Origin: the human T2T-CHM13v2.0 reference genome, Homo sapiens | Assembly (NCBI GenBank): GCA_009914755.4 | Contig: CP068257.2 | Coordinates: 36,192,001-36,256,000 of the forward strand | Reading direction: 5' to 3' | Length of the DNA stretch: 64,000 nucleotides | Part shown: positions 12,398-20,860 of the stretch, in pieces | How the letters are laid out: every line of letters starts with the position of its first letter | How positions within the stretch are numbered: position 1 is the stretch's first letter | The notes under the pieces: generated by a model | Databases searched by the model: none | Told to the model about the DNA's origin: nothing | The model's input: the letters and a program-made list of their open reading frames with translations, nothing else | Translations under genes and position numbers: made by a program

Positions 12398-12503
12398 TTA
12401 GCTGGCTTTCCTGTCTTAAGAGAGTGTGACAGATACTAATCTTCTATTTAAAATGTTTCAGCTGGTTTTTCTATCTTAGGAGAGTGTGACAGATACTTAT
12501 CTC
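12398..12503. repeat. Two-unit tandem duplication, about 55 bp per unit at about 85% identity
   Basis: tttagctggctttcctgtcttaagagagtgtgacagatactaatcttc is followed by tttcagctggtttttctatcttaggagagtgtgacagatacttatctccc. Confidence 0.8.
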
Positions 12504-12824
12504 CCATTAATGATGCTCATTCTTGCCATGTCTCCTCTTGCAAATATTATCACAACCACTGTTGCATGGTTTTGTGAAGGTGTGACTAAATTTGTTCTGA
12601 CCCCAGTATAATAGCACATAATATGGAAAATAACTTTTTTATTTAGGTGAATTTCACATAACAAAAAATTGACAATTTTAACTTAAAGTAAACGTTACCT
12701 ACATTGTTGCACAATGCTGTATAACCACTACCTCCATCTAGTTCCCATTTTCAACAACCCAAAAGGAAATCCTGTACTCACTTAGCAATTCTCTCCTTCA
12801 GAAGGCAATTTTTTTATTTCTTAA

Positions 12825-13050
12825 TTTTTTAAAATTTAATTTTACATTCTAGGTTATCCATGAAGGACATGCAGGTTTGTTATATAGGTAAGCGTGTCAT
12901 GGTGGTTTGCTGCACCTATCAACCCATCACCTAGGTATTAAGCCCCACATGCATTAGCTATTTATCCTGATGCTCTCCTTTCCCCTGCCCCCCCAACAGG
13001 CCCCAATGTGTGTTGTTTCCCTCCCTGTGTCCATGTGTTCCAGAAGGTAA
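12825..13050 (-). mobile_element. LINE-1 extreme 3' UTR fragment, antisense
   Basis: ...attctaggttatccatgaaggacatgcaggtttgttatataggtaagcgtgtcatggtggtttgctgcacctatcaacccatcacctaggtattaagcc...tttcccctgcccccccaacaggccccaatgtgtgttgtttccctccctgtgtccatgtgttc matches the reverse complement of the L1 3' end (ctagggtacatgtgcacaacgtgcaggtttgttacatatgtatacatgtgccatgttggtgtgctgcaccc...). Confidence 0.7.
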
Positions 13051-13717
13051 TTATTTTTAAATGAAATCTTTGTTATCAGTCGTCCACTTAACACCTACTT
13101 ATGCCAACTGTGTTAGGGTACTTTATTTCTTTATCACTTTCTCATTTTTCCTAAATGTATTGTATATGGTTATAGGAAGACTTTAGTCTACTGGGTCTGG
13201 TTAATCAAATAGTAAATTCTACTCTATAAATAGAATCTATATCCTTTATTTTATCCAGAAAGAATGGCAGACACACAGCAAATCCTAGTAAATGCTGAAT
13301 GACAGTTTTCCTGTAATGGTTTTGGATTAGAATTATATTGTCTAATGGTTGTATTATTTTAAAGATTTCTTTAGCAGGCATTAGTCATGACCAGCCAGAG
13401 ACATGACTGCATATCTGAGTCAATGTGAAGATTCCACCAGAGGAGGATAATCAACACAGAGGAGCTGTCACACCTGTTTGTTAAAATAAGTATTTCTCAC
13501 ACTGCTTCAGGTGAGCCAGGTTGAACTGAACTGCAACCTGAAGCTACTATTCTCAGGTGAGCTAGCTTCCCAGAGTTGCTGTTTGGAGAGACAGATGTAA
13601 TAACAATCTGGCTGCACGTGGAGGATGACAGGTCCCTTGTCATGCTAGGAGCTGGGGAGTGGCTTGCAGACACCACTTCACAATGAAGAGTGGGTCGTGG
13701 TTTGATAGGCACCTGTT

Positions 13718-13760
13718 GTCTATGGCCATACCACTCTGAACATGCCCAATCTCCTCTGAT
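13718..13760 (+). pseudogene. 5S rRNA-derived fragment covering nt 1-44 of 5S: a decayed 5S pseudogene piece or the head of a 5S-derived SINE
   Basis: gtctatggccataccactctgaacatgcccaatctcctctgat matches human 5S rRNA gtctacggccataccaccctgaacgcgcccgatctcgtctgat in about 37-38 of 43-44 positions. Most of the differences are CpG to TpG/CpA transitions. Downstream homology to 5S is lost after position 44. Confidence 0.55.
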
Positions 13761-14679
13761 AGGCACCCATTCCTCATGGATGGGGAAGGTGGGGGTGCTG
13801 CCAGGGCTGTGCCCAAGTGCCTGCTTCCATTTTTTCCCCCAACACCAGACAGCAGCCAATATCCCAGGACAGCTCTGGGGCTCCTACAAGCTGGGAGCTG
13901 TTCCTGAAAACCCACTCAGCTCTCTGCTCCTGAAGCCTCTGAATGGGTATGGGCTATTGTTTTATGCGGGAAATTATCTGTCAAAAGAAACGCCTTCTGT
14001 GTTCCTACTCAGCACTGAGAGGCATATTTTTGTTGAGAGGATGCTTTATATTGGGGTCTATGGCTTTGTTGGAGCCTGCTCACATAGACAAGTGAGTGGG
14101 AACTTCTCATAGACCTCTAATCTCTATGGATTCGATTTTGATTGTCTTTTGTGAGGATGTAAAACCCACTATTGGTCTCAGGTTCACTGAGGAAAAGAAC
14201 CTATGGCTCTGTCAAGAAGCCATAGACTTAAATCACTTTTAATAAATATTTAGATTGGGTCTTATATGACAGCTCAGAATGTTTCAGTGGAATTGACACC
14301 AAAACGGGGGACTCGAGAGTGATGTCAGCAGGGGGTGGAATAAGACTTTTCAGTCCTCGTTCCTTCATCGAAACATCACTTTGAACAACTTGTCATGCAT
14401 GAAAATTCCTTCACAAGAGCTAAGGAAACCAGGCAAGAGACTATAGCACCAGGGGGTAGCACAGAAATAAGAAAGGACATGTTGAAGAGGGAGGGACAGA
14501 TTCACATAACCTGTGTCACCCTCCCCTAAACCCGAGCAGCACAGCATGGAGAGAGATGGCAGGCAGGCCCCCAGCCCCAGTCTGCAGGCCAGCACCTGCC
14601 GAACCAGCCCCCACGGCCACCCCAACACCAGGCCAGAGCCCTCAGACTTAGGCTCTGGGCACACCTGAGGCTCCAGAAA

Positions 14680-15625
14680 AATGCTGCAATAAACATAGGA
14701 TTTGGAAAAGAAGGAAATTCTGTCACTTGCAACAACATGGATGAACCTGGAGCACATTATGTGAAGTGAAATAAACCAGGTACAGAAGGACAAATACTGC
14801 ATGATCTCACTTACATGTGGAATCTAAAGAGTCCAACCCATATGACATGGTTTGGCTTTGTGTCCCCACCCAAATCTCATCTCAAATTATAATCTCCATA
14901 ATCCCCACATGTCAAGGGAGGGACCTGGTGGGAGGTGATTGGATCATGGAGGCTCCTTCCCCCATGCTGTTCTTCTGATAGTTAGTGAGTTATCATGAGA
15001 TCTGATGGTTTTATAAGTGTTTGACATTTCCTCCTACACACTCTCACTCTTTCTCTCCTGCCGCCATGTGAAGAAGGTGCCTGGTTCCCCTTTCGCCATG
15101 ATTGTAAGTTTCTTGGGGCCTCCCCAGCCATGTGGAACTGTGAGTCAATTAAACCTCTTTCCTTTATAAATTATCCAGTCTCAGGTAGTTCTTCATAGCA
15201 GTGTAAAAATGGACTAATACACCATAGAAGCAGAGAGTAGGTAGAATGGTGGTTCCCAGAGGCTAAGGGATGGGGAGATGTTGGTCAAAGAACACAAAGT
15301 TTCAGTCAGACAGCAGAAGTTCTGGATGCTTACCATACGGTATGGTGACTGTGGTTAATTATTATGCATTGTATACTTGAAATTGCTACATCTACACGAT
15401 CAGATCTACTACAATTAGACCCAGCGCAAATCTACGACAATTGCTACATCTTTACTTGAAAATTGCTAGAAAGTAGATCTTAAATATTATCACCACAAAA
15501 ATGATGTTTGTGAGAGGGATATGCTAACTAGCTTGATTGAATCATTTCACAATGCGTACATATATTCAAATATCACATTGTAAATATATACAATTTTATT
15601 CATCCATGATATCTCCATGGAGTTG
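14680..15625 (+). mobile_element. Old LINE-1 3'-end fragment, internally deleted and split by an LTR insertion at 14843-15221
   Basis: gctgcaataaacatagga...cacttgcaacaacatggatgaacctggagcacattatgtgaagtgaaataaaccaggtacagaaggacaaatactgcatgatctcacttacatgtggaatctaaagag is interrupted by the LTR. It then resumes catagaagcagagagtaggtagaatggtggttcccagaggctaagggatggggagatgttggtcaaag...tggtgactgtggttaattattatgcattgtatacttgaaattgct...atcacattgtaaatatatacaattttattcatcc. Confidence 0.75.
14843..15221 (+). mobile_element. MaLR solo LTR of the THE1/MST type, inserted in the L1 3' UTR
   Basis: tgacatggtttggctttgtgtccccacccaaatctcatctcaaattataatctccataatccccacatgtcaagggagggacctggtgggaggtgattggatcatgg...cagccatgtggaactgtgagtcaattaaacctctttcctttataaattatccagtctcaggtagttcttcatagcagtgtaaaaatggactaataca matches the THE1/MST LTR consensus end to end (TG...CA). 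It is flanked by the 5-bp direct repeat ccata, the target-site length expected for ERVL-MaLR. Confidence 0.85.
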
Positions 15626-16033
15626 GGGGGAAAAAGAGACAAATGCATTTTTAAAAAGGGAAAGTTCTTGACACAAAAAATGCATATTTTTGTTCTGGTT
15701 AATGTAGAGAGTCAGCCTGTGTCAGGACAATTCAAAATTCAAATTTGAGAAATCACCAGAATTCCTATAGGCCAAGTCCTTTCTCTTAATGTCATATTTA
15801 ACACCTTCATAATTTTTATGATATGACTGTTAGACAAACACAATTCTGAAGTAAAACTGTCATTCAGCAGTTTTACTTCAACCTCTCTCCTCGTGTTCAA
15901 CTCCTGTCAGAAATGACCAAAAACTGGATGGCTTAAAACGATATAAATTTATTCTCACTGTTCTGTAGATGAAAAGTCTGAACTCCAGGTGTAGGGGGTG
16001 GGGGGCAAGTTCTCTCCCAGGCATCTAGGGGAG

Positions 16034-16396
16034 TGATATGGTTTGGCTCTGTGTCCCCACTCCAATCTCATCTGGAATTGTAATCCCCACATGTGGAGGG
16101 AGGGACCTGGTGGGAGGTAATTTGATCATGGGGGCATTTTCCCCCAAGCTGTTCTTGTGATAGTGAGCTCTCATGAGATCTGATGGTTTTATAAGTGACG
16201 GGCTTTCCTGCGCACACTTTCTTTCCTGCCACCATGTAAGACGTGCTTGCTTCTCCTTTGCCTTCTGCCATAATTGTAAGTTTCCTGAGGGAGGTCGCCT
16301 AGCCATGCTTCCTGTTAAGCCTGTGAGTCAATTAAACCTCTTTTCTTTATAAATTACCCAGTTTCAGGTAGTATCTTTATAGCAGTGTGAGAACGG
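16034..16396 (+). mobile_element. MaLR solo LTR of the THE1/MST type, 3' end slightly truncated
   Basis: tgatatggtttggctctgtgtccccactccaatctcatctggaattgtaatccccacatgtggagggagggacctggtgggaggtaatttgatcatggggg...gtgagtcaattaaacctcttttctttataaattacccagtttcaggtagtatctttatagcagtgtgagaacgg. Confidence 0.85.
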
Positions 16397-16399
16397 GGA

Positions 16400-16750
16400 G
16401 GATCCTTTCTAAGGATTCTCCCTAATACAGGGAGGGTCCTTTCTGGCTTCTTCCAGATCCTGGTGGCTGCTGACCGTCCTTGGCTTTCGTGGGTTTACTC
16501 CCCAGTTTTCAAGGCCGGCATCTGTAAGTCTCTGTTCTGTCTGCATGCCACCTCCTTCCCTGTGTGTGGTCAAATCTCTCTCTGCTTCCCTCTTACAAGG
16601 ATACAGGTGATTGCATTTAGGGTCCACCTGGATGATGCGGGGTATTCTCTCCAAGTCAAGATCCTTACTTCCATTTGCTGAGATTTTTGGCCATATAAAG
16701 TTTGGCCATTTAAAGGTTCCAGGAATTAGGATCTGGATCGTCGAGGCCAA
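16400..16750 (+). mobile_element. MLT1-type ancient MaLR LTR fragment, 3' two-thirds; family assignment tentative
   Basis: ggcttcttccagatcctggtggctgctgaccgtccttggctttcgtgg...cttcccctcttacaaggatacaggtgattgcatttagggtccacctggatgatgc...ttccatttgctgagattt...ggttccaggaattaggatctgg resembles the MLT1 consensus (cttccagcttctggtggctgccggcaatccttggcgttccttggcttgtag...cttcttataaggacaccagtcatattggattagggcccaccctaat...ctatttccaaataaggtcacattctgaggtactgggggttaggacttc). Confidence 0.5.
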
Positions 16751-17178
16751 TTTTTAAATCTACTACAGTAGTTAAGCAGATTTCTGTACCGTAGGACATT
16801 TTGAAACATTTATTACACTAAATATAATTCACTGAGAATCTCAAGAGGAGGGCTAAGAACTTCCTAAAATTGTTGAATCTTCAACACCCTTCTTCAAGCC
16901 TGCTTTAAAAAAATTTATCCTGAGGCTACCATGAGACTAAAGCCTCTAGGAGTACTTCAGAAAATGTTATCCTATGGATAACTGGGCAACATTTCATATA
17001 TACAAACTCCTTGTCTAGCACTCAATACCTCACTCGATCCAACCCCATCTGTCATTCCTAGACTTTCTCTTACTATTTTCTTACTTAAAGTGTTCACCTT
17101 TAGTATGTTCTGATCACTGTTCTCCAAACACATACTGTGCTTTCCTGCCTCTATTTTTTCTCCTAAGTGAATGACCAC

Positions 17179-17545
17179 TGTATTCGTCCGTTTCCACACT
17201 GCTAATAACAACATACCCAAGACTGGGTAATTTATATAGAAAAAGAGGTTTAATGGACTCACAGTTCCATGTGGCTGGGGAGGCCTCATAATCATGGCAG
17301 AAGGTGAGGGAAGAACAAAGGCGTGTCCTACATTGAGGCAGGGAGAATGAGAACCAAGCAAAAGGGGAAACCCTTGATAAAATCATCAGATCTTGTAAGA
17401 CTTATTCACTACCACGAGCACAGTATGGGGCAAACTGCCCCCATGATTCAATTACCTCCCTCTGGGTCCCTCCCATGATGCGTGGGAATTTTGGGAGCTA
17501 CAATTCAAGATGAGATTTGGGAGGGGACACAGCCAAGCCATATCA
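17179..17545 (-). mobile_element. MaLR solo LTR of the THE1/MST type, antisense, full length
   Basis: tgtattcgtccgtttccacactgctaataacaacatacccaagactgggtaatttatatagaaaaagaggtttaatggactcacagttccatgtggctggggaggcctcataatcatggcagaagg...ccatgattcaattacctccctctgggtccctcccatgatgcgtgggaattttgggagctacaattcaagatgagatttgggaggggacacagccaagccatatca is the reverse complement of the THE1/MST LTR. The flanking 5-mers accac and gccac give a 4-of-5 TSD. Confidence 0.85.
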
Positions 17546-20455
17546 GCCACCTATCCCCTTCCCCACTGCACCCCTAACTTGCAGCACTGTGACCCCTTTC
17601 TCTCTTATTAAGTCTGGGCATTCTCCAAGGCCCAGCTTTCTCTAAGTCTTCCTTAATCCCCCAAGAAAGGATCTCCCCTTTTCTAAATTTTAGCTTTAGT
17701 GTTGAGGTACCCTGGGGTCAATAATAATCCAGTATAGAAATGTGCGAATAGTTACTTTTTTTGTTTTACAAGCACCTTCAAAGTCATCCCTTGATTGATT
17801 GTGTTGTCTTTGCAATATGGAAACTGGAGCTAAAACAGGAAGTTAAAATTACAGCATAATGTTGGGGTTCCTCCAGGAAGTGGGGCATTTCAGGTTGAAC
17901 TTCATTTGATACCGTGTCTTAGTTTAAAAAAGTGAAAAAGTGGAGTCTGCAGGTGTGCCTCTCTCACTTGGAATCTCATCATCTATTTCCTTATGATAAT
18001 TAAGTCTTGTTCAAAGTAGTGTTTAACTTTTTATGTCAGACTCACAGGTATGGCTCCTGTTTTGTAACTTACCTCTTCCCCCCTCCCTCATGGTACCTAC
18101 TGATAAATACTTAGTGACTACTTGGTTATTTCCAATTTATTAAAAAAAAAAACAGATTTTTAAAAAGAGAATGCAAGGAAGAATCGTGTAAAATAATTCT
18201 GATGAATGCAACTCTCGATTTACTCAAAGAAAGATTTCTTTCTTCCTTGATGGCCTTAGAGTAACATTTCCAAATCTGACAAGAGAAAATAATGAGAAAA
18301 CCTCCATGGGAGAGATTAGAGATGGGTCTGAAACCTTTCCTCTTATTAAAGCCAAGGAAACAGGGTGGGGAACACACACAAGCAGAGAGTAGCCTGGATT
18401 TCTTTCTTAAATCCAGACTCGTTTTGTCCTTTTCACGTCTTACTGAGAGTGTTCTTGTTAAGAATGCGTGGTGGAAGAAGGGACCGCAAAGGCTTGTCCC
18501 TGGGATGTGGGGACTCAGCGACTCTCAGGAGAAAATAATTTTGGGAAGGAGATTATTGAAGAGTCAGGGCACAGTGGCCTCTGGGTTTAATTGGACACTT
18601 CTGAGTATGAGAGCTATAACCTGAATTAAATAAATCTCCACTAAGAAAAATATCCCTAGCAACTAAGCAGGGAATGATATTTGGTTTGGGTTTGACTTCA
18701 GGAAATCAAAAGTGTGCTTTATCTCCCTGAATTCTGTGAGCTGGACTGTGTGAGTCCAGGAAGCAATCACCCTCTATATCCCCATCTGTCCAAGGGGAGT
18801 GTGTGGTACCAGGAGGGAAGCACTTGCATATTTGGCAGGAAAGATCACTAGTATTTAGCAATGAAACCCACAGGTATACTCTGGCAACAATGAGATTTCA
18901 GGTGTAAGGTGCAGTGTTACTTGTCAGAATAAACGTACTGCAGGTAACAAACACCACATATCCAAATCCCGTAAGTAGTAGAAATCGATCAACAAGAATT
19001 TTTTAGTACCTAATGGAAATTTATAAAATCATAGAGTGACATCATAACCCTTGGGTTTTTTTTTTAACCTCGAGTCTTTAAAAGGGTTGAATACAGTACA
19101 AGGTGATAAAACTCAACAATATGAATATTATTATAATGGGCTTGAGTTGAGAATAGTAAGTAAAACAAGGTATGGAAGATAATGATACTTTGTCATTTTC
19201 ACCTTTGTTTGAGTGCCTGATATGGGACAGTTGCTATGTTACATGTTTTATATGCATTATATATTAGTTTTCAATATATGAATATATTATCTCTCTCTCA
19301 GCTTTCAGTGTATCTGTTAGTTTATATACACAGGGAACATAATCAAATGCAGTTATACATATTTATATATGTATAAATATACATATTAGCACACATGTGC
19401 ACATACCCATTAGCTTTGTGTATATTATGAAACCCAGGTGGGGAGCTGGTATGATCAGTGGCAGAAACTCGGACCAGAGGGGTTAAGTGAGTTGCCTGTA
19501 GCCTCACAGCTAGGAGGTGGCTGGGCCACAGTTAGATCAGCTCTGTCTGTCTCTTAAGGCCACACTGACGTGCCTCACCTGATAAGCACTACACCCTCTG
19601 TGGACGGCAGGGATGTTGTGCTAATTGTGGAGAAGCCTTTATGAATGCAATTCTGGGCTGCAGAGAAATTCTGAGTCAATATTTAAACATGTAGATATCC
19701 CCAACCCCCAACACCTTTGAGCCTGAAATGTCATATCTTGTGATAAAGGTGACATGGAATCAGGAAAGCACACCGGGGTGTAGGTGGTGATGTTTTTACT
19801 GCTGAACATCCCGGACGCCTTGACTTTTTCCTCTCTGGGAAGCCATCGAGGAGGTGGCTTTCTCCCACTGGTGCCATCCACCTTCATCCGAGTTTAATTC
19901 CCCGCAGCACTGGAAGCCAGGGTGCTTCCCCGGCCTGCTTCCCTTCCCCAGCTGAATTCAGGGAGCCTGTGGGCTGTCCCAGCTCACACACCTGTCACCA
20001 GGGAGAAGGCAGGCCTGGGAGCTGGGGGGTGATGGATTCTTGATGAAAAGTCCCTGAAGAGATCAGTTTCCTTTCGGTGACAAAGTAACATGAGGCAAAG
20101 CGGGCTGCATGAGGTGAAAAGCAAATTCCTCCAAGCAGGTGTTTGCATCAGTCCCGGTCCGGGAGAGGCCCATGGCTCTGCGTGGCAGGCTGTCCTCCCC
20201 ACCCTCGTAGCTGCGCTCTGCGGAGTTTCAGCCTTTAAAATTCAGTGTTCTGCTGCTCCCTCTGACCATCTGCTCACTCAATTTCCAGAGCTGAGGCTGA
20301 GGCTCAGCGCTTCCTAAACATGCTGCCTTCTCCCAGCTGTGGACTGTCCACGCTTCCCTGATGAGTTAGCCATCTACTCTGTACCCTCCAGGCTGTCTAC
20401 CCTGCACCCTCCAGCTTTTCTCTTGGCCACACATCTGGGCATCTCTTCCAAATGG

Positions 20456-20501
20456 CCATTTGTTTGCAGGTCCCATTTGTTTGCATGGCCATTTGTTTGC
20501 T
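20456..20501. repeat. Three tandem copies of a 13-17 bp unit (ccatttgtttgca)
   Basis: aatggccatttgtttgcaggtcccatttgtttgcatggccatttgtttgctctc. Confidence 0.85.
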
Positions 20502-20639
20502 CTCTGAGGGTGCAGGGAAAGGCTGGCACCCCAAAATCCAGCCATGCAGCCTAACCCAGGGCCTGTGCCATCCTGGGGGAGACTTCCTCTCCTATTGCCC
20601 TCTGCCTTGCCTGGGTAGAACCTGCTGTTACCAGAGGTT

Positions 20640-20860
20640 GATGGGAGGATGAGCAGAAGTGGGAGTGGCGGGAGGTGGGGGATGGAGCCTGAACCAGGGG
20701 TGGAGGTGGTGGGAGGGAGGAGCGGGCTCTTGGAGCCAGGTGGCAGATTGTGGGAGGAGGGCGGGAGGGACAGTGAGACACAGTGAGATGGGGTGGCAGT
20801 TGGTGGGAGGCGGGGAAGGCGAGCGGAGGAAGTGTGAGGCAAGAGAGTTTAAAAATGTGT
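20640..20860 (+). repeat. G-rich low-complexity tract with many GGG/GGGG runs on the + strand
   Basis: gatgggaggatgagcagaagtgggagtggcgggaggtgggggatggagcc...ggggtggaggtggtgggagggaggagcgggc...tgggaggagggcgggagggacagtgag...ggggtggcagttggtgggaggcggggaaggcgagcggaggaag. The tract carries at least 15 G-runs of three or more. Confidence 0.8.

Noticed and set aside
13690-14112. 140-aa ORF on + strand at 13690..14112
   Set aside because: It overlaps the 5S-rRNA-derived fragment and sequence of no recognisable coding character. It has no splice context, and an overlapping antisense ORF (13497..13859) shows it is chance.
14843-16396. The two same-orientation THE1/MST LTRs (14843-15221 and 16034-16396) as 5' and 3' LTRs of one provirus
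   Set aside because: The intervening sequence is the continuation of the L1 3' UTR, not a MaLR internal region. The first LTR also has its own 5-bp TSD (ccata) on both sides, so it is an independent solo LTR.
19230-19420. AT-rich block with tatatat and atgtatata runs as a possible origin or scaffold-attachment element
   Set aside because: Only compositional evidence is available, with no specific motif I can anchor. It is left unannotated.
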